A stretch of DNA of 64,000 nt, taken from contig JBGSZS010000008.1 in assembly GCA_041750285.1 (NCBI GenBank), positions 32,001-96,000 on the forward strand, written 5' to 3'. Source of the DNA: Candidatus Fermentibacteraceae bacterium (GTDB taxonomy: Bacteria > Fermentibacterota > Fermentibacteria > Fermentibacterales > JCC-6). Both the position numbers and the translations under genes were made by a program. Within the stretch, counting starts at the first letter, position 1. Every line of letters starts with the position of its first letter. Under the pieces are notes generated by a model. The model made no database searches. It had not been told where the DNA came from and saw only the letters and a list, made by a program, of their open reading frames with translations. Below, piece after piece: positions 38,088 to 47,667 of the stretch.

Positions 38088-39116
38088 TCACCGTTCCGTA
38101 CAGCTTCCGAAACCCCTTATCAGGGGCAGTGTCCGAAGCAGGGTTCCGTTCAGGTGAAAATGGCAGACACCACGGGCGCCGGCCCGGAGAGCGGCCTCGA
38201 CCTGTGATGCCGCCTCATCGGATGACATTTCCAGCGTTCCGATGCCCGATCCAAGCCCGCATACGGTGAAGAAGCCTCCCGGAAGAAGGGAGAGCTGCCC
38301 CGACAGGGCTTCCTCGAGCTCTGGCGTGGTGCGGAAGTAATCCATCAGGTAGATCCCGTCCACGATGCCCCGCCGGCTCCAATCGACCCAGTCCTGTCCG
38401 CAGCCCAGGGCATCCTGGTAGTCCGGGAGAACTGCAGTGGATACTTTAACCCCACTTGCGCGAACGATTTCCGAAAGAAAGGCTATCGACTGCGTGATGC
38501 GTCCAATCCTCCAGTCCGCAAAAAGGTCGCCCAGAGGGCCCAGCGGGGCGGCGTCTTCCGGCCAGTCCCCCACGGTCAGTCCGGTCTGTTCCTGAAATGC
38601 CGCCCGGCAGCGGTCACAGTAACAGGTGCTTCCGTTCGGGAACCTTGCGTAGTCGAAATGCACCCCGTCCAGGGAGAACCGTTCAAGCATCTCGACTATG
38701 AGAGCGGCCTCCAGCTCAAGGTTTGACGGATTGCTGGGGCAAAGCCATGGCAGAGTGTCTCCCTCCAGATTGACCTGAAGCCTCCCCGCTTCCGCGAGGC
38801 TGTCGAGGAGTGAGCTGTCTGCGTTGGTCGATTTCCAGAGGACGACCCATGCATGAACCTCGATGCCCCTCGTCCCGCATTCGGTCAGAATGCCCTCGAC
38901 CCATTCGGGATCAGCGGGAAAACGGGGTGAATCCGGTACGATGGCTGAAGGGTATGCGGGAGTGACTCCATAGAGGAAACAAGGAAGGACATGGTCCACA
39001 CCCGATGCCTGAAGCACTTGGGCGGCTGCTTCCCAGTCACCGGGGTATCCCTTGGCCACCCATACCCCGTGAACGGGCTGGCTGCAGAACAGGGATGCAA
39101 GGATCAGCGGGATCAT
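38088..39116 (-). CDS. Glycoside hydrolase family 10-like (GHL10, YddW/DigH-like) exported protein
   Basis: GVWV, GIEVHAW, WLCPSNP, DGVHFDYARFP, QDW..W...G.VD...MDY. Confidence 0.82.
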   Translation of the reverse strand: MIPLILASLFCSQPVHGVWVAKGYPGDWEAAAQVLQASGVDHVLPCFLYGVTPAYPSAIVPDSPRFPADPEWVEGILTECGTRGIEVHAWVVLWKSTNADSSLLDSLAEAGRLQVNLEGDTLPWLCPSNPSNLELEAALIVEMLERFSLDGVHFDYARFPNGSTCYCDRCRAAFQEQTGLTVGDWPEDAAPLGPLGDLFADWRIGRITQSIAFLSEIVRASGVKVSTAVLPDYQDALGCGQDWVDWSRRGIVDGIYLMDYFRTTPELEEALSGQLSLLPGGFFTVCGLGSGIGTLEMSSDEAASQVEAALRAGARGVCHFHLNGTLLRTLPLIRGFGSCTER

Positions 39117-39511
39117 CCGTCTCCCTCCGTACAAATACATTTTTCTGATGCCGGGCACTCTCCGGTCATCCCTGTCAGCCGAAGCCTCATGTCTGCCAGG
39201 GCCGATTCCCTGCCCGGGTGATCGGCGCTGAGGTCAACCGGCTTCAGGATGGACTCACCCATCAGCTGGAGCAGCGCGGCTGCGCAGTGGTACCTGCAAA
39301 GGTAGTCCGGGTTGCCGGCAAGGGTTCTGAACAGAATCCATCCCGCTTCATCAACCGTGGACTTCGATGCGATCACATACCAGATGACGTAGTAGTTGCC
39401 GAACCTGCCTTCGCTTACTTCAGCAAGAAGTTCAGCCGCCGTTCTGGCTTCCATCCGTTTTCGTTCCTCATCGGCGGCTTTTTCCCACCTGTCCTGCCAG
39501 GTCTCAGTCAC
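39113..39511 (-). CDS. Hypothetical protein
   Basis: GTG start overlapping the upstream stop and ATGA overlap downstream; helical sequence. Confidence 0.6.
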   Translation of the reverse strand: MTETWQDRWEKAADEERKRMEARTAAELLAEVSEGRFGNYYVIWYVIASKSTVDEAGWILFRTLAGNPDYLCRYHCAAALLQLMGESILKPVDLSADHPGRESALADMRLRLTGMTGECPASEKCICTEGDG

Positions 39512-40061
39512 ATGATCCACGGTTCCACCGGCTGCTCTGGTCTCGCAAAAGCCTTCGGTACATACTTTTTGCTTCCTTGAAAAACACATTGAACCTTCCG
39601 TCGATGAAATCGGGAAAGCTGTGATCCGGTCCGCAGAACTCCCCGAAACGGTACCTGAGGCAGGTGTGCGCCCAAACCCCCTCTCCCATGTAGACCTTGT
39701 CGGGAGCCGGTTTGAAGCTGGCAAGCACCAGCTTTCCGTGATCAAGGTAACCGGGGTCGAGGTTGACGGTTCTCCCCGAAGATATCGACATGGTCTCTTC
39801 TGTTTCAAAGCAGAAAAGCTTCCATCGGGGAAGCTCTGACGGGTCCCGAAGACCGGAGAAACACAGCCAGGTCCTCTCAAGGCCGGTTCCCATCTCGGCC
39901 TGGTAGTAGGTGCTCATGTCAAACGGAAATGGTCTGCTGCGAAGGATCGTCTCTCCGAAATACCCCCGCAGTTCAGGCAGAACCCCGGTCAGCAGATCGG
40001 GCGAACCGCAGATGACGCTGACCACCGGAAGCACTGGCAGAATCCTTTCAGGACCCGACAC
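39504..40061 (-). CDS. DUF4416-family protein
   Basis: F..S.YY..EMG, RTVNLDPGY, VLASFK, SFPDF. Confidence 0.85.
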   Translation of the reverse strand: MSGPERILPVLPVVSVICGSPDLLTGVLPELRGYFGETILRSRPFPFDMSTYYQAEMGTGLERTWLCFSGLRDPSELPRWKLFCFETEETMSISSGRTVNLDPGYLDHGKLVLASFKPAPDKVYMGEGVWAHTCLRYRFGEFCGPDHSFPDFIDGRFNVFFKEAKSMYRRLLRDQSSRWNRGSCD

Positions 40062-40857
40062 GTCCCCTTCTTTCCACCTGGAGACGGGTCAGTTCACTCC
40101 AGGCCTCACCTGCGAGCCTTGCGCTCAGACCGAAGGCTTCCGCGACCGATGTGCCGTAATCCGCTGCCAGCTTCCTGTTCTCGCTCTCGCTCTCCCCCGC
40201 GATCCGCAGGTTTCCGTTGTGGGCGCTGAGCCTCCGGTCAGGCAGGGAGAGGTTGATGTGCAGGCTGTTCAATCCAGTGGCGTTGAAGGAATCCTGCCAA
40301 AAAGATATGAACTCGTTCCTGGAGAGGTCTCGCGACTCGAGGTGATACCGCCACTTGGGCTTTCCGCCGTTCTCTTCGCTGTGGAGGTCCCAGCCGTCAC
40401 CCCTGGGTGTCCAGACCAGCCTTCTTCCGGGAAGGTCGAGAACTCCTCCGTCCCCCCGTAATTGCACCGGCAGGGGAACCACAAAACCCGGGTCAAGCAG
40501 GAACGTCCCCTCCGCACCCTCGACAAGGAGAGCGCAATGGATGTTCCTGCCATGGCGCATGTGCCCTGTCAGGGGTCTCGCTCTCCAGCCGCATTCGGCA
40601 AGCACTGTACCAAGGGCTTCCGTGAGGGAGTAGCAGGTTCCGCCGGTGCCGTCCCGTGCAAATCCGCCAAAGACCTCGCCGGGCATTCTTAGCCGCTCCT
40701 CGCCCCGGGCCTTCAAAAGGAATTTAGTCAGGTTCTCCCAGGGGATCCTGCTGAATGCAGCGGCAACATCGAAAAGCCGGTCGATCCCTTTCTCGGGGTT
40801 CAATCCGAAATGATCGAAGAATATTTCAGCGGGCCGTTCCATGAACCAATCATACAT
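40048..40857 (-). CDS. Arylamine N-acetyltransferase family protein
   Basis: IPWENL, GGTCYSL, HCALLV, LDPGF (Cys-His-Asp triad). Confidence 0.85.
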   Translation of the reverse strand: MYDWFMERPAEIFFDHFGLNPEKGIDRLFDVAAAFSRIPWENLTKFLLKARGEERLRMPGEVFGGFARDGTGGTCYSLTEALGTVLAECGWRARPLTGHMRHGRNIHCALLVEGAEGTFLLDPGFVVPLPVQLRGDGGVLDLPGRRLVWTPRGDGWDLHSEENGGKPKWRYHLESRDLSRNEFISFWQDSFNATGLNSLHINLSLPDRRLSAHNGNLRIAGESESENRKLAADYGTSVAEAFGLSARLAGEAWSELTRLQVERRGRVGS

Positions 40858-40989
40858 GCTGTTGGGCGTGCCGGGGTCTGGCTGGTTCTCGGTTCAGAAC
40901 AAATACAGAGTCTGCTTTTCAAGATGTTAGCAGTATTGCATTTGAAACAGCAAACTTAGTTTTCTAAGTCCGTCCCCTATATTTCCGTC

Positions 40990-41919
40990 ATGGAAAAAAG
41001 GTACAGGGACCTCAACGGATACCTCAGGGAAACTTTCGGTGAGAAGGTGTACAAGGTCGGGCTGGTCGGGGGGTTTACGTGCCCGAACAGGGACGGGGCA
41101 CTGGGCACCGGCGGATGCAGCTTCTGCAACCCGGACAGCTCAAGACCCCTGAACCACCGTCCTGGAATGGGCATCACGGGCCAGCTCGAAGCGGGGACCG
41201 CCTACATTCGCACTCGGCACGGGGCCGGCTCATTTCTGGCCTATTTCCAGGACTGCACCACCACATACGGGCCACCCGGGACCCTCGAGGCCCTCTACCG
41301 CGAAGCCCTGGCATTCCCGGGCATCGTGGGGCTCTGCCTCTGTACAAGGCCCGACAGCCTTTGCCGGCCCGTGCTGGACCTCCTCGAGGAACTGTCAACG
41401 GAGCACTTCCTCTGGGTGGAGCTGGGCCTGCAGAGTGGAAGCGACGAAACCCTGGGCAGGATGAACAGGCGCCACACCGCGGCCGCCACACTGAGGGCAT
41501 TCAGGGAACTCCACCGCCGGGGCATCAGAACAGCTGCCCACGTCATCCTGGGCTATCCCGGAGAAACCTGGGAGCAAGCCATGGGAACCGCCGGACTGGT
41601 GAACGAAACATGGACGGCGGGGGTAAAGATACAGAACCTGCACGTAGTGAGGGACACTCCCCTCGAGAAGAGCTTTCTGGCCGGGGAGTTCACACCCTTC
41701 CCGATCGGGGAGTACGCCTCGCTGGCCGTCGATTTTCTGGAAAGGATAAACCCTGAAACCGTCATACTGCGTCTCACCGGTGAAGCCCCGGCCCACCTGA
41801 CAGTGGCGCCGGCGTGGAGCGTGAACAAGATGGCGGTCCTTGGGGCCGTGAGGACTGAACTGGCCAGGAGGGACACCTTCCAGGGCCGGCTCTTCGGGGA
41901 TGGGGGAAAACTGCCATGA
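40990..41919 (+). CDS. Radical SAM protein, TIGR01212 (YhcC-like) family
   Basis: GFTCPNRDG..G.GGCSFC, YFQ..T.TY, TRPD, VELGLQS, HVILG.PGE, RLTG. Confidence 0.92.
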   Translation: MEKRYRDLNGYLRETFGEKVYKVGLVGGFTCPNRDGALGTGGCSFCNPDSSRPLNHRPGMGITGQLEAGTAYIRTRHGAGSFLAYFQDCTTTYGPPGTLEALYREALAFPGIVGLCLCTRPDSLCRPVLDLLEELSTEHFLWVELGLQSGSDETLGRMNRRHTAAATLRAFRELHRRGIRTAAHVILGYPGETWEQAMGTAGLVNETWTAGVKIQNLHVVRDTPLEKSFLAGEFTPFPIGEYASLAVDFLERINPETVILRLTGEAPAHLTVAPAWSVNKMAVLGAVRTELARRDTFQGRLFGDGGKLP

Positions 41920-43415
41920 AACGACCTGTTCTCCTTATCGTTCTGATTTCCGGCCTCTCTTCGGTGGTTTCGGGTTTCAACGGTTCGGTGGAGACGATCG
42001 GGGAGATCCGCGTCGTGAACCTGTGGGGAACCTGGGAGGAGATGGGGTACGCCCACGGGCGTCTCCTCGGGCCCGACATCAAGGAAGTCTTCGAGGGCTA
42101 CTTCCTCGAGCTTGCGGGAGGCACTGCAAATGTGAACCTCCTGCGAGCCTACTTCCCACAGTACTTCACCGTGCCGGCTGAATTCACGGATTACGCCGAA
42201 GGCATTCTAACCGGCATGGCCGACACCGTATCCCTCTGGTCAGGAGTCTACGGGCGGAACCTCGATGTTCTGGACCTTTACATCTCCAGTTCGGTACCCG
42301 ACCTGTCGGCTGTGGTCGACCTCCCCCACCTTTACTGCTCCAGTGTCAGCGCCTGGGGCGATGCCACGGCCGGGGATCCCGTACTTCTCGGCACTCCGGC
42401 GACCTCAAGGAACCTGGATTTCTTCGTGGACAGCCAGTCCGGGATACTGGACATGAGCATTCTGGTGACGCACGACCCCGATGACGGCCAGGAATGGATA
42501 TCGGTGACCTTCCCGGGGTACATGGGAACACTGTCCGGCATGAACGAAACGGGCCTGACCGCCACCCTCAACATGGGCAACCATCAGGGAACCTTCCAGA
42601 CGGCGACGCCCTTCGTCCCGATATGCATGGCCCTTGCGCTGGGCCTGTCCAGGCAGGACTTCGACGGAAGCGGAACGTGTGACATTCAGGACATGACCTC
42701 CGCCGCAACCCAGTGGAACAGGGCCAACTCCTACGACATACACATCGTTTCACCCGAAGCCCTCGGCACGGGCGACGGCCCGGGAGTGGTGGCCGAGGTA
42801 AACAACCAGAATGGAACGGCGCTGCGCCAAAGTTCTGATGAACCCGCCATCGCCCCGGACCGGATGATCCTCACCAACCATCACCGTGTGCTCTACCCCC
42901 CGATAACCTGCTACCGGTACTCATGGCTCATGGATTCCCTGACGGCGAATCCCGACGTCACCCTGGACAGGCTCTGGAACTTCATGGGAGCGGTTGGTTT
43001 CCCGCCTGCTCCGGGTTCGGGCGGCACTCTGCACACCATGATCCTGCAACCGCAGCAGCGCAGGATCGGGCTCGCGTTCGCCTCTCCCGGAACGGCGCCC
43101 TACGAAAGGGAACCTCAGTGGATCCAATGGAGCGACCTCTTCCCCAACCACGGCCAGCAGTCGGCTCCGGATGATCCTGAACATCCCGTTATCAGGGTGT
43201 ACCCCAACCCTGCGTCTTCTGTCATCCATGTGATCGCCGCGACCGTCCTGAAAACCCCGCCGTTGCTCTACGACATGGCGGGACGGCGGGCAGGCGTTCG
43301 GTTCACCGGAACGAACGGAGTCTTCAGTGCCGATGTTTCGGGGCTTGCGACAGGTCTTTACATTGTTGTTCCGGAACCTGGGCTGCCGGGAAGCGCTTTT
43401 CTGGTGCTGAGATGA
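41916..43415 (+). CDS. Secreted C45-family (Ntn-hydrolase) peptidase with T9SS-like C-terminal domain
   Basis: GT..EMGYAHG, YCSS...WG nucleophile, RNLDF, SGMNETG, TNH; C-terminal VYPNPAS...YDMAGR...GLY. Confidence 0.85.
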   Translation: MKRPVLLIVLISGLSSVVSGFNGSVETIGEIRVVNLWGTWEEMGYAHGRLLGPDIKEVFEGYFLELAGGTANVNLLRAYFPQYFTVPAEFTDYAEGILTGMADTVSLWSGVYGRNLDVLDLYISSSVPDLSAVVDLPHLYCSSVSAWGDATAGDPVLLGTPATSRNLDFFVDSQSGILDMSILVTHDPDDGQEWISVTFPGYMGTLSGMNETGLTATLNMGNHQGTFQTATPFVPICMALALGLSRQDFDGSGTCDIQDMTSAATQWNRANSYDIHIVSPEALGTGDGPGVVAEVNNQNGTALRQSSDEPAIAPDRMILTNHHRVLYPPITCYRYSWLMDSLTANPDVTLDRLWNFMGAVGFPPAPGSGGTLHTMILQPQQRRIGLAFASPGTAPYEREPQWIQWSDLFPNHGQQSAPDDPEHPVIRVYPNPASSVIHVIAATVLKTPPLLYDMAGRRAGVRFTGTNGVFSADVSGLATGLYIVVPEPGLPGSAFLVLR

Positions 43416-43434
43416 CGAAAGTCCTGCCCGGGGG

Positions 43435-43935
43435 TCAGTCAACCCTCCTGTAAAGGCTTCCCTTCGCCCCGCAGACAGGGCAGGTTTCGGGGGCTTCCTT
43501 GCCGGCGGTATGCCCGCACACGGGACAGACGAAGTAGGCGTACTGCTCGGCGCCCTTGTCGTCCATCGTTTCGAGAAGGCCCTTGTAGAGGTTGGCGTGT
43601 ATCTTTTCCACGGCGTTGGCGAACTCGAAGGATCGCAGGGCCTGCTTGTCACCCTCGGCCCGGGCAATGTCTATCATCTCCGGGTACATGTGCCTGAACT
43701 CGTGGGTTTCGCCGGCGATGGCCTCCTCAAGATTCTCCCGGGTGCCGTGAACTCCGCCCATGGCCCGGAGGTGGGCAAGGGCGTGAACGGTTTCGGCCTC
43801 GGCGGCGGCCCTGAACAGCCTTGCCACCTGAGGAAAGCCTTCCTTGTCAGCCTTCTCGGCAAAGGCAAGGTATTTCCTGTTCGCCTGGGATTCCCCGGCA
43901 AAAGCCTCGAGCAGGCGATCCAACGTCTCGCTCAT
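43435..43935 (-). CDS. Rubrerythrin
   Basis: AFAGESQA.RKY, AETVHA, GETHE...MYP, EKIH, CPVCGH...CPVCG. Confidence 0.95.
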   Translation of the reverse strand: MSETLDRLLEAFAGESQANRKYLAFAEKADKEGFPQVARLFRAAAEAETVHALAHLRAMGGVHGTRENLEEAIAGETHEFRHMYPEMIDIARAEGDKQALRSFEFANAVEKIHANLYKGLLETMDDKGAEQYAYFVCPVCGHTAGKEAPETCPVCGAKGSLYRRVD

Positions 43936-44033
43936 CGCGTCCTCCTGTGCTTGACAGAGCAAAATGCGGAACTTGTCCGCAGGGAACAGGGCAATTATGC
44001 ACCATTCAGCGCCCCCGGGGACCCCCCGGGCAT

Positions 44034-44471
44034 TTATGGGGGAGTTCCCGCGGGATCGGGGTAGAACACCACGATCCACAGCCGCCCCGTGTCACGATCG
44101 AGAGAACACTGCCAGGCGTTGCTTTCCCCTCTCCCCTCAAGGCTGACCAGACCGGCATCTTCAGGTATCGTGCAATTCTGAGGTCCAAGGCTTTCCACCC
44201 ATGGGTCAATGGAGAAAGTGGTGTCCGAGAAGGCGTTCTCACTGATGAACCCCTCTACGCGTCCTGGCGGTATCCTCAGGTGCGCGACCGAGAAAGACTC
44301 GCCGTTGTCGAAGACTTCCACATCCATGCAGCCCGGTGGAAAGACAAGGCCGGTAGCGCGTGATATGAACCCAAGCCCGGCCGTTCTCGCTATGTCCCTG
44401 CAAAGGAGCACTGACGCAACTAGAACCGCCCCCGCAAGGGCAAGTGTGAAAACGACCGTTCTTCTGTTCAA
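44034..44471 (-). CDS. Hypothetical protein with N-terminal membrane anchor
   Basis: TTG start with GGAGGG RBS, one TM segment. Confidence 0.55.
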   Translation of the reverse strand: MNRRTVVFTLALAGAVLVASVLLCRDIARTAGLGFISRATGLVFPPGCMDVEVFDNGESFSVAHLRIPPGRVEGFISENAFSDTTFSIDPWVESLGPQNCTIPEDAGLVSLEGRGESNAWQCSLDRDTGRLWIVVFYPDPAGTPP

Positions 44472-44542
44472 AAGTCCCTCCCGGGGGCTTCTTCGGCTTC
44501 CGGAAGGGTTTCCGGACGCACTGGCCAAAGATATGGCCGCCA

Positions 44543-45319
44543 TCAAGGGTTCACTCCAAGACGTTCCAGAAGCGAACAGAGAGCCGGATAGTGGCTTCCC
44601 TTCCAGTATACCGCCCCACACTGGCAGCAACGCCTGAACTCACTGTAGTGCGTCCGTGTGAGGGGCTGGAGCAGATGGGTTATCTCCCCCTTTTCAACGC
44701 ACGAAAGAAACCCCGAACAGGCGGGACACCGGCTGAACGGTCTCACTGAACCGGCGAGGCCGAAACGGTCGAGAACCTGCCTGGCCTGTTCCTCGGGGTT
44801 TCGGCTTCGTATCAGGCAGCCGTGAACCACGCTTTTTCTCATCAGAAGCATGCGGTCGCAGGTCAGAAGGATCCGTGACTCAACGGAAGAGATGTCTGCG
44901 AGAATTCCGTCATCAACGTCGCCCGGGAACAGGGCATCAAAACCCAGAAGTCTGAGGAGCACGGCGAGTTTGCCAAGGTGCACGTCCAGAACGAAACGGC
45001 CTGTGTCGCTCAATCCGGGTCTGAGCGGTTGCGGCGGTCCCGGTCTGAAACCGGTGAAGGCTGGAAACACGCTCACCCTGTCGCCGTGACAGGCAGTCGC
45101 TTCGAACCCGACAGGCTCTCCGTTACGCATGAGCAGCGCGATCTCGGTATGGGGGATCCCGGCTGACTCCACGAGGTGCTTCACATTGCTTCCGCCCGTC
45201 ATGGGGTACCTGAACTCGCAGAAACGCCATTCAGCAGGGAGAAGTTCGTTCAGCTCGGCATACACCCGCATGAGGATGAAGGGCGGTGCTTCGGCTTTCC
45301 CGGAAGCGCACCCTGTCAT
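44543..45319 (-). CDS. Ubiquitin-like Mut7-C plus Mut7-C RNase (PIN/Zn-ribbon) domain protein
   Basis: YAELNELLP, VES.GIPHTE, FVLDVHLGKLA..LR.LGFD, LLT.DR, RCPAC...C..CG.VYWKGSH. Confidence 0.88.
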   Translation of the reverse strand: MTGCASGKAEAPPFILMRVYAELNELLPAEWRFCEFRYPMTGGSNVKHLVESAGIPHTEIALLMRNGEPVGFEATACHGDRVSVFPAFTGFRPGPPQPLRPGLSDTGRFVLDVHLGKLAVLLRLLGFDALFPGDVDDGILADISSVESRILLTCDRMLLMRKSVVHGCLIRSRNPEEQARQVLDRFGLAGSVRPFSRCPACSGFLSCVEKGEITHLLQPLTRTHYSEFRRCCQCGAVYWKGSHYPALCSLLERLGVNP

Positions 45320-45927
45320 GGTTCAGATTCAAGGGAAAGTCCCCTTGCCGTTTCGGTGGCGATCCGGTGGAAAGCCCCTTCAGGTCCATCCAGCATGGCT
45401 TCCCAGAGACCCCGCCACTGTCGGGCTGTTTCGGGATTCACCACCGCCTGTGCGCTTGAATCGCCCCTTTCCATCCAGACCGGCAACCCGGCCGTACCCG
45501 GCTGCATGGTTCCGCCGTTTACATAGAAGCCATCCAGAGCCAGATCGAAGAAGCTGTAAGCCCGGGAACCAGGCTCACTCCTGAAAAGGAGCAGCTCAAC
45601 GTTCACGCCGATGTTGTCAGATTCCCCCATTGGCAGAACGGTTATTGCCGGAGCGGCCCTTTCGATGTAAAACGCCCTGCGGGCATCAAGCCCGAGTGTG
45701 AAAGCGTCTGTGCGAAGGTCTTCGATCTGCCTTGAGAAGTCGGAAGAAAAGGCCAGGTCAAGGGCTTCCTGAAAAAGCCCTTCGAGGCTGTCCGAATCCA
45801 GAAAGCCCGGAACGGAAAGCCGGGCGTTCAGTGAATCGATCCTGACCCAGAGCTGCGAATCGGGCACGAAAACGCCCTCCCCCGTTGAAAGCGCGGACAA
45901 CGTACACACAAGGATCACTAAAGACAT
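45316..45927 (-). CDS. Hypothetical exported protein
   Basis: GGAGG RBS, N-terminal hydrophobic signal, ATGA overlap. Confidence 0.6.
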   Translation of the reverse strand: MSLVILVCTLSALSTGEGVFVPDSQLWVRIDSLNARLSVPGFLDSDSLEGLFQEALDLAFSSDFSRQIEDLRTDAFTLGLDARRAFYIERAAPAITVLPMGESDNIGVNVELLLFRSEPGSRAYSFFDLALDGFYVNGGTMQPGTAGLPVWMERGDSSAQAVVNPETARQWRGLWEAMLDGPEGAFHRIATETARGLSLESEP

Positions 45928-45943
45928 CGATGACCTCCCGCAA

Positions 45944-46450
45944 CTACATCAGACGGCTGTCGTACGCCCAGTTCATAAGGGCCTGCCTCTGTCTTGGCCG
46001 GCAAAGTGCGTCACCCTGGTCGCAGTGTTTCCGGATCTGTGCGATATGCCTTTTCATCGCTTTCCAGCGTTTGATCTGACGCAGGTCGTCGTCGCACCTT
46101 CTCCCCATGAAATACCGGCAGTACCACTGAAACCAGCCCCTGGGGTCATCGGGATGGATCCAGCCCTTGTCCCTCCAGACGGAAAGCGGCTGGGAAGCGT
46201 TGACCCCGAAAAAGTTCATCCCGGGATCGTGCCGTGCGGCGCACAACCTGGCCCCTTCGAACCATTCCGCAGGGAACTCGCGGCGGCAGTCCGTCATGTA
46301 CCTGCCGCCGAACACGCCCAGATGAAGCATCTCGCATGGGGTGAGTTCGGGCGTGAACACGGGATGGAAGTTGCTTCCCGGGGCTTCAGTGCGGAAGTAT
46401 GTGTAGCCCTGCTGCATCAGATCGGATACAATAACCTTGACTGCTTCCAT
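45944..46450 (-). CDS. Conserved protein of unknown function
   Basis: FTPELTP.EML.LGVFGG.Y, N.FGV.ASQPL..W, DPRGWFQWYCRY..GRR..DD.RQI.RW. Confidence 0.8.
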   Translation of the reverse strand: MEAVKVIVSDLMQQGYTYFRTEAPGSNFHPVFTPELTPCEMLHLGVFGGRYMTDCRREFPAEWFEGARLCAARHDPGMNFFGVNASQPLSVWRDKGWIHPDDPRGWFQWYCRYFMGRRCDDDLRQIKRWKAMKRHIAQIRKHCDQGDALCRPRQRQALMNWAYDSRLM

Positions 46451-46526
46451 GCGGTCGCATCATCCCTTCGTTGTTCCGCCCGGTCATGTTATTATACGGG
46501 CTGTCATGAACGGAGGGAGGCAGGCG

Positions 46527-47582
46527 GTGCCGCATATAAGCTGCAGATCACAGCAGAAAACCATACTGGCCGGCAGGAGGTTCGTCCTTCACAAGCGGAG
46601 TGAGCTGCAGCCGGTTCTCCGCGAGATCGGGGCTGGTATTCCCGACGGTCTCGTCACCGGACCTCCCGTATTATTGATCCATTACGTGAGCAGCGTGAAG
46701 GACGGAACGCTGGTCGAGCTGGGATACCCGGTTCACAGCCCATTTGAAAGCAGCTGCATTGAAGCACTGACCCTCCCGGAAACCCGCCTCATGTGCATCG
46801 ATCACAGGGGACCCATGGCCGATCTGGGCAAAACATACGGCGACCTTTTCGGTTGCGCCGCAAGCCGTGGACTCGTATCGGACGAGTTCGGTATCGAGGT
46901 CCTTCATGACATCAGCGACGCCGGGAATTGCTCAATCGAGGCCTGCATGGTAATCCACGACTGGAAAGACCTTTTCCGGCGAAGCGCGGAACGTGTTCTG
47001 GGTGTTCCTGAAGCTCGAAGGGTCATTGGAGACGGTTCCCGGATCACGGAGGAGACCGACCTCAACACCCGGTTCGCCCTCGTGAGATCCGCCATCGAAC
47101 GGCTCGAGATGGTGGCCGATGACTTCCAAAGGTACGACTGCGTTTCAAGTTGCGCACATGTTTTCCCCCCGGAGCAGGTTGCGAAACTCAGGGCCAGCTT
47201 CACAGGCGCACGGGAAGAGGGTCTGGGGTTTCTCGAAGCCGTCGACAGGGTCATCTCATTCATGGACTCCGACCCCGGATGGAGCGAGAAGGCTGTCAGA
47301 CACGGCTACACTGTCCTTTCTTCCAAGGGTCCCCGTGACAGGCGGGCGTTCGATGAAGCGAAAACACCCGGGGAAAGAGCCTCGGCTGCCTGCTTCTGCC
47401 CCATCATCAGAACGAAGCTCCAGGAGGGCATGCCACTCTCATTCTGCTACTGCGGGGCGGGATGGTTCAGGCAGCAGTGGGAAGGCGCCATCGGGCTGCC
47501 GGTAAGGGTCGAGATACTGGGTTCCCTTCTCAATGGCGATCCCGAATGCCGGTTCGCGATTCATCTCCCGGAACAGCACTAA
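46527..47582 (+). CDS. GyrI-like small-molecule-binding domain fused to a Cys-rich DUF6144-like domain
   Basis: VELGYPV, H.GP...L..TY; then SSCAH, CFCP, FCYCGAGW, S.L.GD.EC.F; GGAGG RBS before GTG. Confidence 0.7.
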   Translation: MPHISCRSQQKTILAGRRFVLHKRSELQPVLREIGAGIPDGLVTGPPVLLIHYVSSVKDGTLVELGYPVHSPFESSCIEALTLPETRLMCIDHRGPMADLGKTYGDLFGCAASRGLVSDEFGIEVLHDISDAGNCSIEACMVIHDWKDLFRRSAERVLGVPEARRVIGDGSRITEETDLNTRFALVRSAIERLEMVADDFQRYDCVSSCAHVFPPEQVAKLRASFTGAREEGLGFLEAVDRVISFMDSDPGWSEKAVRHGYTVLSSKGPRDRRAFDEAKTPGERASAACFCPIIRTKLQEGMPLSFCYCGAGWFRQQWEGAIGLPVRVEILGSLLNGDPECRFAIHLPEQH

Positions 47583-47667
47583 CGCAGCAATACCATTTCA
47601 GTTATTTTTATTCTTATCCCGGTCTTCGGTCTTTTCTCCGGGAACACATGAGGGAAAAGGGGTAAAC

